Source: a bacterium (GTDB lineage Bacteria; Patescibacteriota; Patescibacteriia; UBA2196). From it: 64,000 nucleotides of DNA. Positions 1 through 8,533 of the stretch are shown here, in pieces. The first letter of the stretch is position 1. Each line of letters opens with the position of its first letter. The stretch is taken from assembly GCA_035388785.1 (NCBI GenBank), contig DAOOQN010000003.1, positions 16,497 through 80,496 of the forward strand, given 5' to 3'. Both the position numbers and the translations under genes were made by a program. The notes under the pieces were generated by a model, which searched no databases, had not been told where the DNA came from, and was given only the letters and a program-made list of their open reading frames with translations.

Positions 1-62
1 TCAGACTGGCTACAAATTGTCTGACTCAAGCAGGAATACAAACGAGCCTGCTGTAAATCATC

Positions 63-1355
63 TCACCGCTCATGATACTCGTCAGCGACGAGATGTTTGA
101 ACCCTCGTGGACTTTGGTCCAAAGGATTCGTTTCGCCACCACCGCGATCCCACGCGGCTTCGATCACGTTGCCGTCTCGATCCCAGTCGAGGTTGAGGTG
201 AAACACCTCTTCCTCACCATCCACCATTTCCACGGCATGGAAATGATGAACGTCAAAAGAAATTGGTTCTCTCCGGAGCCATTGGATAAGCTCCCGAAAA
301 GTTTTTTTGCTTGTCTTCGTCACGTCGAATCTGTGACGTAAAACAAACAAATTATTTGGGATTGGGTCGCCGGGCTGTAGAAAAATTTCCCGTACCCCGC
401 CGTCAACAATAATTTTGACGGCCTTTTTTTGCTTCAGAGTCTCCTCGATAAAAGGAAGAGCCTCTTCGGCAAAACCAAATCCCATCCAGCGGCCGGGGAT
501 GGAGAATCCACCGCCGTGGACATATGGGTCATCACCAAGCCAGTTACCGGAGGTATGGTAGGAAACCTCCACCACCGGCTGATCCACCCATGTTTTTTTC
601 CCGTCAGAGAAGAAGGGGAATTGCGCTTGGATGGCTTCGGCCCATGTAAACGGCAATAAGTCGCCGTTTTCATTTTTTTTGGCCGCCTCGTTCGGATTTA
701 GCATCTGGCCATCAGCCAAGATGTTTTGTCCAAAACGATAGGCTTGAATTTGAAACGTTTCACCCCCGAAATGCAAGAAAGGGTGTACCGACACCAGGTC
801 GTACAGCTTTGATTTTATCTGTACATATCTGGTCAAACCACCCGGTGTGCCGATTTCACCCAAGGCATCACCAAACCTGACAATCTCTTCACAGAGATTC
901 ACCAGGTTTCCGGAGTATTTTCCGGTCACCCCATATTCCCCTTTGAGGTCAAACTTCCCCTCAAGGGTTTCGGGGTTGAACTCGCCGTTTACCACCCTGA
1001 TTCGCAGGTGGTACTCTCCCGAAGAACTGAAGTGGGGCGAGCCACCCTCTTCAGTTTCGGAAAAGCCAGGGATGCAAATATTATATGCAATCCCGACTTC
1101 CCCGACATTATCAGGGCAAAAATCCCTGATTTCGGAGAAAAAGATCTGGGTTGCGAGCCATGTCCGCTCGCTCCCCGGCAAAACAACATCAACTGCGAGA
1201 GATCTCATTTGCTCCCTCAGTTGACTTTCATGCCAGCCCCCATAGGGCTCGACATGAAACAGCTGACCGGCAACGAGCGATTTGCTCGAGTTGCCGAATG
1301 CCCCTTGGTAAAAGGTACCAAAGGGGTCTTTGGTGAAAATTAAATACGCTTGCAT
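63..1355 (-). CDS. hypothetical protein, 430 aa, last gene of the high-GC island; no motif recognised by eye
   Basis: Long minus-strand ORF in the high-GC block. RBS-like GGGAGGAAAT precedes the ATG at 1355. Two hairpins lie downstream of the stop (1-60). Same strand as the MoxR/vWA genes. Confidence 0.45.
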   Translation of the reverse strand: MQAYLIFTKDPFGTFYQGAFGNSSKSLVAGQLFHVEPYGGWHESQLREQMRSLAVDVVLPGSERTWLATQIFFSEIRDFCPDNVGEVGIAYNICIPGFSETEEGGSPHFSSSGEYHLRIRVVNGEFNPETLEGKFDLKGEYGVTGKYSGNLVNLCEEIVRFGDALGEIGTPGGLTRYVQIKSKLYDLVSVHPFLHFGGETFQIQAYRFGQNILADGQMLNPNEAAKKNENGDLLPFTWAEAIQAQFPFFSDGKKTWVDQPVVEVSYHTSGNWLGDDPYVHGGGFSIPGRWMGFGFAEEALPFIEETLKQKKAVKIIVDGGVREIFLQPGDPIPNNLFVLRHRFDVTKTSKKTFRELIQWLRREPISFDVHHFHAVEMVDGEEEVFHLNLDWDRDGNVIEAAWDRGGGETNPLDQSPRGFKHLVADEYHER

Positions 1356-1424
1356 ATTTCCTCCCTCTGCCTCTCGGCAAAAAGATTTTTCCGGAATCCG
1401 TCCGGTACGGTCCGCTTAGCGGGA

Positions 1425-1504
1425 TTTTTTAGTTGGTTCTTTTAATTCCTTTGAATTAGAGATCCTGAAATAAATTCAGGATGACAAACAAACTAAAAGA
1501 ACCA
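1425..1504. repeat. nested inverted repeat: 15-bp arms TAGTTGGTTCTTTTA / TAAAAGAACCAACTA enclosing the 8-bp-arm palindrome ATCCTGAA-ATAAA-TTCAGGAT
   Basis: Read directly from the sequence. It sits in the AT-rich spacer upstream of the 430-aa ORF. The motif TTTAAAGAACTATTTTT nearby (1508-1527) recurs at 2239-2262. Confidence 0.6.
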
Positions 1505-1755
1505 ACTAAAGATTTTTAAAGAACTATTTTTTTATTTTATTTATGCATTTTTAAAAACGCATTTTTTATTTTTTTATTCTTCTAAACCTTCCATAAAAAA
1601 AATATGAAAAGCTTGGAAAAATGGTCAGGAGTTTGTGAAAACTCCCGACCGTAGATTTTTTGAGGCGCTTTTGTGACAGGTGCGCCTCGGTGGGATTTAC
1701 CTGTCGGATAATAGATCGTCAGTTTTAACAGCAAACTGACGTGCATTAGACCATT

Positions 1756-2103
1756 CTACCGGTCCCATTCCGACGGTGGGGTGGTAATCTCCCGCCCGTC
1801 GCATTCGTAGCCGTAGAAACCCTCTTCAGTCGGCCCGAAGAAGTTGGAAACGGCCACCTGAAAGTGCCCCGGTCGGGCTGACCGTGGCTCCTGGGCAAAC
1901 AGGGGCTTCTCCCGCCGGACAAACTTCGTCCAGCGCGTGTAGCCCCTCGCCTCCCAGGCCGTGGGTTTTGAATCGCACAGACACACACCTGCAGCGTGGT
2001 CTGTTCCCCACCAGACCTCGTCGGCGGCATTAAGCGCCGCAACTTCCGCCTCATCCATCACGGAGAGGCGGTACAAGGTCCCAACATAGGTCCCTATTCT
2101 CAT
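1756..2103 (-). CDS. hypothetical protein, 115 aa
   Basis: Minus-strand ORF with RBS AAGGAGAAAC 6 nt before the ATG at 2103. A hairpin GTCAGTTT-N7-AAACTGAC (1721-1743) lies just past its stop. High-GC coding composition. Confidence 0.4.
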   Translation of the reverse strand: MRIGTYVGTLYRLSVMDEAEVAALNAADEVWWGTDHAAGVCLCDSKPTAWEARGYTRWTKFVRREKPLFAQEPRSARPGHFQVAVSNFFGPTEEGFYGYECDGREITTPPSEWDR

Positions 2104-2382
2104 TTTGTTTCTCCTTGTTTTGCCTTGGCAGAATTGCCTCAGCTAATCCAGTATATCCTGGAGGAGAATCTGGTGACGATATTTTGCCACCGCTTCTAAA
2201 TTTTAATTTAATAAATATTTCAAAAGTGGTGACAAAAAATAAATTTTAAAAGAACTATTTTTGTTTTCTTTCATCCGCCTACTGCTGTATTGCGCACCGG
2301 AGAGTTGGTTCACAAATCAAGCTATGAGCGAGTGAAAGAAAGGAAATCAACAAAAAGCGCAGAGTTGATTTCCTTTCCAGTT

Positions 2383-2859
2383 TTACCAGGGGCACCGGTC
2401 AGTGACAGTGCCGTCGATGACCGGTTCGCATCCCCAGATCAGGGCATGGTTCGCCCAAAAATCTGTGGACGCGGGGGTAGCGTTCCGATCCCATGGTTCA
2501 GGTTCGGACAGCTCACCCACGAAGGCGGTGATCAGGATATACCCGCCGACATCATCCGCCCTCTTGAGGATGACGACGACGCTCTGGCACTCTTCCGGTT
2601 GGCGATTGATCACGAACCGGGAGAGGCCAAAGCGCTTTGGCCTCTGGGCAAAGATGATCTGGTCGCCAGGCCCGGTGACGACACAGATCGAGTGACCGAC
2701 GGGGTGGCCAAACTCGACTACCTCCTTGAGAAAGTTGCGCTTGCCAGAGCTGATTTTTCCCAGTGCCTCCGGCAAAACCGCGACAACATCCTCGTGGAGG
2801 TGGGAGTTATGCCTGTCGTAGACAGGCTCGCCACTCCCTAAACTTCCAACCCGATCCAT
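2383..2859 (-). CDS. hypothetical protein, ~158 aa (start taken at the internal Met preceded by GGAGACCAGG)
   Basis: Minus-strand ORF 2383..2919. The internal ATG at 2859 has a strong RBS and carries the shared leader CAAAAACTAACCAGAAAGGAGA. An opposite-strand ORF 2290..2841 overlaps it. Strand chosen by RBS and operon polarity. Confidence 0.35.
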   Translation of the reverse strand: MDRVGSLGSGEPVYDRHNSHLHEDVVAVLPEALGKISSGKRNFLKEVVEFGHPVGHSICVVTGPGDQIIFAQRPKRFGLSRFVINRQPEECQSVVVILKRADDVGGYILITAFVGELSEPEPWDRNATPASTDFWANHALIWGCEPVIDGTVTDRCPW

Positions 2860-2919
2860 CCTGGTCTCCTTTCTGGTTAGTTTTTGTTTTGGTTTATTTA
2901 AATTCCTCTCTAAAATCAT

Positions 2920-3694
2920 CTAATAAAATATTAAATAATTTTAGAGAACAGAGAACGTGAGAGTTGCATTAACACGTTCTCTTAAAGTAAAGCGCGGGGG
3001 ATCCCGCATGGTACACCTCCTTTTTTCTTGCCACCCGCCTAGATATCAGCCAATTATTTGGCTGATACCCAGAACTCCCGGGACCAAGCCGAGAAAAGAC
3101 AACAAGGTGGATTTGACCCTCGCCTGCACCGAAAAGGGAAATTGCAGGAACAGCCCCAGACCACAATTCAAAGGGCTGTCGTTGACTTCTTTCCGCCAGT
3201 GCCAGACAGATATTGCGAAGTCAAAAGATATCTGTCTGGCGCACGGTGGGATGTGAATTGACCAGGACATTGAGCGCCGCTCCCAAACGGTCTTTTTTTA
3301 TCTCAATGTCGTCTGAATAGCGATTAGTAATTTCGGCTCGTCCGTACCAGAACCGAATATAATCCACTATCCTTGGCGTTTTATTAGCGCGCCACCGCCA
3401 GCTTTTTCGGAGCAACCCGTCTGCCCATCCCAAAGGATTTTTGTCGCCTCGGCAGCTAGCGCCACAAGCTTATGACCGCAAAAAAATACAGCAGAGCGGT
3501 ACTTGTGGTTGCGCAGGTTTTTGGCTATGCCACCATGGGTTTTATAGCCAAGGCGGTGATTTATTCATTACACACTCTCCTTTCTGGTTGGTGTTTGTTT
3601 TTATATTTATTTCTTAAAAACCATCAATTAAAAATTAATAGCTTTTAAGATGAGACGAGCAAGTAATGTGCATTACCGCTCATCTCAAATAGTG
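2920..3694 (-). pseudogene. probable degraded ORF between the vWA gene and the 158-aa gene: intact leader/RBS, an 8-codon mini-ORF (MNKSPPWL, 3542..3568), then several out-of-frame ORF fragments (70 aa and 74 aa)
   Basis: The leader AAACACCAACCAGAAAGGAGAG (3577-3600, minus strand) duplicates the leader of the 2859 start. Reading frames break repeatedly. Hairpins at 3042-3068, 3201-3238 and 3522-3548. Confidence 0.3.
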
Positions 3695-5101
3695 CTAGAA
3701 CTTCTCGACCCCGACTCCGCCCGTGCTTTGGGCGAATTTGACGAGTCCGGGATTGGCGACTTCCATCGCGAATCCATGAACTCGAGTGCCAGGGATTTCC
3801 GACGCCTTCAATCCGTTGATCGAGGTGTCCTCGTCGGTCAGGACTACGATCTCGGGGCGATACAGAGCTTCGCCAGCCTTGATCTTTTCCTCGATCATCT
3901 TATGCGCAGACCGGACAGCCGCGGCAATATCTGTGCCGCCACCAGAAAAGTTTTTACTCGTGAACTTTTTGATGAGCTCGCGAGCTTCTTCTGACGTGGC
4001 GGCATGATCTGCTTTGGTCAGGTCGGTGTCAAAGACACTCAGCCAGACTTCAGCATCACCGGATATTACTGCCTTGAGGCGGTTCATCACTACCCCAGAG
4101 GCCTTCCAGTGTTTTTTGCCGTTCATTGATCCAGAGCCGTCGAGCAGGATGAAAATCGCCTGCTTTTTTTCATTCCTCGTGACGCGCTCACGGACCGGCA
4201 ACTGTCCCGTTACGGCCTTATAAAGAAAAAAGGACGGATTTTCCTGCCGCAATGCCCAGGCCGTTTTGGGCACGCGTTGGAGCTCACCGAGGTGGCGGAT
4301 GGGTCTTTGGTGGACCTCATCACCAGTCGGGTCAGGTTCGATCTCACGACGCTTTCTGACCTGCATCTTGGTGAATTGATCCAACTTGCGGGAGATATCC
4401 AGCATGACCCGCTTATCTGACCCGGCGACCAGGTCTTCGGCAATTTTCAGGCTTTTCAGTCCTTGGTTGCCTTGACGCTGGCCGTCTTGCTCCTTTACCA
4501 CGTCATGGTTTTCTCCTTGCGGGTCGAGCATGTCCAGCTCTTCCTCGCTCAAGGAGTCCACCATTTCCATGGTGTCCTGGAGCTCTTCCGCCACTCCCTC
4601 GGGGCGGTCGGTCTCGGAAAAAATCGGCAAGGGCTCACCACCCTCGCCGCCACCCTGCCCACCTTGCTTTTTTGACAAAAGCTTTAGCAGGCTCATGGTT
4701 TGCTCTAAGGGGGAGCCGCCCGGAAACTGGTTGAGGTCAATCGCCTGCAAAAAATCGCAGACGTTTTGGTGATACCTCAATTGCTCCCGGGTTCTGCCTT
4801 CGACCGCCTCGAAGCGGTTCTTGGTCGCGAACTCTTTCTTCTTCCCCTGGCTGTCGCGGCCGACATATTTCCAGTAGCCAGAGGAGTCAGCGGCGGGCAA
4901 ACTTTCTTCCACCTTTTGCCGCACCACCTGTTGATAGTGCGAAGGGGGATTGATCGTCCCACCCGCTGCCAAGTTGCAGAGGTCGGCCACTAGATCTCTA
5001 GAGAAGCCGCTCAAGCCGACCTTTTGAGCTGCTTCTTTCATCTCCTCCCCAGAAGGAGGAATGTACGTCGCCGGGGGCGACGTGCGGAATGTGTAATGCA
5101 T
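3695..5101 (-). CDS. von Willebrand factor A domain protein (MIDAS motif), ~468 aa; C-terminal vWA domain preceded by a long acidic low-complexity N-terminal region
   Basis: MIDAS DxSxS in ILLDGSGSM, the conserved Thr in GGGTDIAAAV and the distal Asp in IVVLTDEDT. Start chosen at the Met preceded by AAAAAAGGAGG (ATG at 5101). A hairpin plus AT tract follows the stop (3620-3690). Confidence 0.75.
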   Translation of the reverse strand: MHYTFRTSPPATYIPPSGEEMKEAAQKVGLSGFSRDLVADLCNLAAGGTINPPSHYQQVVRQKVEESLPAADSSGYWKYVGRDSQGKKKEFATKNRFEAVEGRTREQLRYHQNVCDFLQAIDLNQFPGGSPLEQTMSLLKLLSKKQGGQGGGEGGEPLPIFSETDRPEGVAEELQDTMEMVDSLSEEELDMLDPQGENHDVVKEQDGQRQGNQGLKSLKIAEDLVAGSDKRVMLDISRKLDQFTKMQVRKRREIEPDPTGDEVHQRPIRHLGELQRVPKTAWALRQENPSFFLYKAVTGQLPVRERVTRNEKKQAIFILLDGSGSMNGKKHWKASGVVMNRLKAVISGDAEVWLSVFDTDLTKADHAATSEEARELIKKFTSKNFSGGGTDIAAAVRSAHKMIEEKIKAGEALYRPEIVVLTDEDTSINGLKASEIPGTRVHGFAMEVANPGLVKFAQSTGGVGVEKF

Positions 5102-5123
5102 TGTCGCCTCCTTTTTTGGGGGG

Positions 5124-6209
5124 TTAAATTCTTGTCGCATTCAAGGCCGCAGTTTGGGCCTCGGTGATCTTTTGGGCCACCGATTCCCGCAACTGCTTCC
5201 GACGCTCGGACAGGCCATCGGTGATCTTCAAACCGGCTACCCTGTCCTGTAACCCGGTCAGCCGTTTTGCCATCTGCAGGAGCTTGATTGGCGACGAAGA
5301 AATCTCGTCCCACTCCTGCATCAGGCCACGCATTTCGGCCTCGGCCTCGGCCAGCCGTTTTTCAGCGGCGGCGCGCTCATAAGCGGCCTCGAGTTCCTGA
5401 CGGATATTCTCCGCCAGTCCTTCAAGACCATCAATGAACTTCAGGTCGATCAGGTCTTCCTTCTCGACCTTCTGTCCACCGCGCAGAGCGGCCGCGGATT
5501 TCACGACCGACAAAGCATACACCGCCGACCGCGGGGAAATCGGCTGATCACCCTCGCCCGCCTTGGCCATTATCTCGGCCAGGACTCCCATGGAGCCGTT
5601 CAGGTCTGCCCCAGACAAAAACGGGGTGACCTTATTAAACAGGGCCAGATAGTCCTTAGCCGAATATGACTCCCACTTTATATTGAGCTGAAGTGGAAAT
5701 CTTTCGATCAGGGCTTTGGAGGCGGGTCCCAGATCCTCAATTTCTTGGGGATCTTTGTTGGTGATCGCGATGATCACTTTCGTTTTCATCGCGAAGACCT
5801 GTGACCCTTTCCGCAGTTTGCGGGCGGTCAGGGTATCCTTTAGAGCGAGGAGAACCGACGCTGGCGCGTCGAACATTTCCTCGAAAACCGCGAACGGTTT
5901 TGCGAGGAAACTGTTCTCCGGGTGGTACAGGAGGACTTTGTCGCGGTCCAGGGCCGCAAAATCCAAACCACCCCAGAGAGTAGCCTCATCCATTCCCTCA
6001 CCAAAACTCTGGACAAACATATCCAGCTCCTCGGCGACGACGGCCAGGGCCGCTTGAACCATTTCGCTCTTGCCGTGACCCCCGGGTCCCCAGAGGAGCA
6101 CGTTCTTACCCGACTCGATGGCGAGCGCGAGGACCCGGGCAATTTCCTCGCACCTGACGAACCGCTCGGACAGAGCGGTCAATATTTTTTCATACAAATT
6201 GGTGGCCAT
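5124..6209 (-). CDS. AAA+ ATPase of the MoxR/RavA-like family, 361 aa, with a C-terminal coiled-coil
   Basis: Walker A LLWGPGGHGKSE. Walker B-like hydrophobic stretch DKVLLYHPE. RBS AAAGGAGG before the ATG at 6209. Immediately upstream of and on the same strand as the vWA gene (the classic MoxR-vWA pairing). Confidence 0.65.
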   Translation of the reverse strand: MATNLYEKILTALSERFVRCEEIARVLALAIESGKNVLLWGPGGHGKSEMVQAALAVVAEELDMFVQSFGEGMDEATLWGGLDFAALDRDKVLLYHPENSFLAKPFAVFEEMFDAPASVLLALKDTLTARKLRKGSQVFAMKTKVIIAITNKDPQEIEDLGPASKALIERFPLQLNIKWESYSAKDYLALFNKVTPFLSGADLNGSMGVLAEIMAKAGEGDQPISPRSAVYALSVVKSAAALRGGQKVEKEDLIDLKFIDGLEGLAENIRQELEAAYERAAAEKRLAEAEAEMRGLMQEWDEISSSPIKLLQMAKRLTGLQDRVAGLKITDGLSERRKQLRESVAQKITEAQTAALNATRI

Positions 6210-6737
6210 TGCTGGCCTCCTTTCTTTTCTTTCTTTGAGTTTGAGCGCTTGGCCTCGACTTCATTAGGAGCCGATCCAACCCTGCACTCCTCGCAGTCTT
6301 GTTGGTCGCGAATCGCCCAGGAATTATTTGCGCCTATCCACAAATTTCCTGATTTTCTTTCCAAGCCAGATTAGGTGGCTGTTATTAAATTCCTCTATTA
6401 AGGTTTCGAAGATGTTTTTCTCTCTCCTCGAAACCGGTTAGAGGAATTTATTTTATTTTTTCTCCTAATTTAATATTCAGTTTTCAACGAACGCGCTTTT
6501 CTCTTTCTCTATAAAATTCCCCTTTGACGGGGACAAAATTTCCTATTCAATTTGTTAAGAAATTTTAGAAAGATATAGCGAGAAAGTTGTTTATTTAGCT
6601 ACAAGCATGGCAGCTAAATAAACAAATATTCCAGCTGTATCACATAGGCATTTTAATTTTAACTTCTCTCCTCTTTTGGTTTTTAGGCCAAAGGCCTATT
6701 TAGAAAATTTCCAATTTCAAATTTCAAATTTCTAAAC

Positions 6738-6766
6738 GGGCCTTCGGCCATTTTTCGTTTTAAGGC
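6738..6766 (+). terminator. GGCC-UUCG-GGCC tetraloop hairpin followed by ATTTTTCGTTTT
   Basis: cgGGCCTTCGGCCatttttcgtttt read directly. Lies in the long non-coding spacer. No plus-strand gene upstream, so its function is unclear. Confidence 0.35.
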
Positions 6767-7246
6767 GAAAAACTGTCGAAGGGCACTCTTAAGCGATTAG
6801 AGTGAAAATTTTCCGCTAAACCGACGAGCCGAATTTTAGCGGCCAAATTCATCGCTCCCTAATTGCTTTTGAAATTAATACTAAGGACTAGAAATCTCTC
6901 TTCTCTTGGGGCCATGTTGGCCAGTCCACAATATTAATATATTTCAGGCATTACCCCATAAAATCATTTATGATAATTATGGAATTAACGCTATGAAATT
7001 TAATTTAGTGTATGAAAGATCTTGTGTTCTCGTTTTTGATCTCTTCTTTAACTTTTGTTCACTAAGGAACTGGGCTAAAGAAGGTGATGGGGACAAGGGC
7101 TGTTTTATTGGTGACAGGTCAATTATTAATATAAATATTACCTGTGTAATAAAAGCTTTAGTCTCTCTCTCCATCACTCTCCTTAGCTGTACCCTATAGT
7201 CAGTAACATAACTTTACGAAGTTGCTCCTTATACAAACTACAAACA

Positions 7247-7290
7247 AAAAGATTCTCTGCCTATATAATAAGAGAGAATCTTTTTTTAAA
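7247..7290. terminator. bidirectional rho-independent terminator-like hairpin: GATTCTCT-N14-AGAGAATC, T-run on plus and A-run upstream
   Basis: aaaaagattctctgcctatataataagagagaatctttttttaaaaa. Confidence 0.5.
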
Positions 7291-7630
7291 AATAAAATAA
7301 TTAATAGGGTAGTTAACAAACTAGCACTATTTTAGGCCTTTACGGCGCCTAATGCCGTCTCTCTTCATTTACACCCCGGACTCCTTAGACCAAGGTTGCT
7401 GTTGACCGCGTCTTCATTCGCTTTCACCAGCATTTATATAATTAGATTTTTAAAGATTTGTGGTTACTTTTAATCTTTGCCTTTTAGCTTACACACAAAT
7501 AATAACATAACCAGTTGAATATGTCAATAGCCGTCGTCTTGAATTTCTATATAATCTAGACAATTGGCTGATATAAAAATATATTTAGGCTATAATTATT
7601 ATTAAATATCAATCTTTTTGACGAAAGTGT

Positions 7631-7660
7631 TTGACAGATTACCAAAAAACATGCTATAAT
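7631..7660 (+). promoter_or_regulatory. consensus sigma70-type promoter: TTGACA, 18-bp spacer, TATAAT
   Basis: TTGACA at 7631-7636 and TATAAT at 7655-7660, about 66 nt upstream of the ATG at 7727. Confidence 0.55.
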
Positions 7661-7726
7661 TAAGATAATAAATTAAAAGTTATACACTCCACATCGCACG
7701 TCTTTTAAAAAATTATCCACCACACT

Positions 7727-8533
7727 ATGACTGAATCTACTTTACTCACTCAAATCGGCCTGTCTGAAAAAGAGGCTGAAATCTATCAAATTCTCTTAAA
7801 AATTGGCAAAGCTCCTGCCAACAAGGTTTTACCACTAACCCAGCTCAAACGCACCACTGTTTATAGTGTTTTAGAAGAATTAGCCCAGAAAGAAATAGTG
7901 GAAAAGGATGAATCTAGCGCCATTATCGAGTTTCGCGCCAAACACCCGTATGCTTTAAAGGAGTATTTGGAAACACGTGTATCTCAAATTAAAGAATCTG
8001 AAGGAAAATTAGACGCTGCACTCCCCAATTTAATTACTTTATATAGTGAGGCGCAAGAGAGACCGGGTGTGCGTTATTTGGAAAGTATTGGTGGTTTTAA
8101 AAAGGTTTATGAAGATATTTTGCAGACAAAAAAAGAGCTTGTTATTTTTACCTCCGCCCACGACCAAACAAGGGCTGATATGAGTGTAGTAATAAATGAA
8201 AATATTAATAAACAAAAAAAGCTTGGAATTAATACCAAAGCCATTTGGATGCTTGATGAAAAAATTACAAAAGCAACAATTGATGAATTGAAATTAAATA
8301 ATGTGGCTATCAGACTGACAAAAAATCCTTTATTTGCTTTGCCAGCGCAAATCATTATTTACGGCCAAAAAATAGCTATAACTTCGTTAAAAAATGAGAT
8401 TGTTACAACGTTAATTGAAAATGAAAATATTGCTACTAGTTTAAAAAATATTTTTGATTTTGTCTGGAGTGTTTTAGAAACTGAATCAGCTGAGCTTTAT
8501 TCCACACTGCCCACATCTTTACCAACTAAATAA
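7727..8533 (+). CDS. TrmB-family transcriptional regulator (N-terminal winged HTH), 268 aa
   Basis: N-terminal segment LSEKEAEIYQILLKIGKAPANKV is typical of TrmB-type HTH. Consensus promoter upstream. Confidence 0.55.
   Translation: MTESTLLTQIGLSEKEAEIYQILLKIGKAPANKVLPLTQLKRTTVYSVLEELAQKEIVEKDESSAIIEFRAKHPYALKEYLETRVSQIKESEGKLDAALPNLITLYSEAQERPGVRYLESIGGFKKVYEDILQTKKELVIFTSAHDQTRADMSVVINENINKQKKLGINTKAIWMLDEKITKATIDELKLNNVAIRLTKNPLFALPAQIIIYGQKIAITSLKNEIVTTLIENENIATSLKNIFDFVWSVLETESAELYSTLPTSLPTK

Noticed and set aside
429-1343. Multiple 60-125 aa ORFs (429..659, 434..673, 847..1224, 989..1192, 1008..1343, 1151..1336) inside the 430-aa gene
   Set aside because: Shadow ORFs are typical of GC-rich coding DNA. 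None has an RBS or is compatible with the long minus-strand frame.
2290-2841. 183-aa plus-strand ORF overlapping the 158-aa minus-strand ORF
   Set aside because: High-GC DNA produces long open frames on both strands. The minus-strand frame has a strong RBS and the shared leader and matches the polarity of the MoxR-vWA operon. The plus frame has neither. Strand assignment remains uncertain.
3221-3433. Possible reverse-transcriptase (YxDD-like RYSDD) fragment suggesting a group II intron or retron
   Set aside because: The surrounding sequence does not match RT motifs 4 or 5 or an X/maturase domain when read by eye. Better explained as an out-of-frame remnant of a degraded island gene.
3650-6374. 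Antisense and alternate-frame ORFs within the vWA and MoxR genes (3650..3994, 3786..4007, 4014..4223, 4463..4675, 4530..4772, 4766..4993, 5164..5382, 5716..6057, 5922..6374 and others)
   Set aside because: They overlap confident motif-bearing genes and lack start contexts. Considered spurious.
6906-7199. 97-aa and 66-aa ORFs in the long AT-rich spacer
   Set aside because: Low-complexity, no RBS, embedded in hairpin-rich non-coding DNA.
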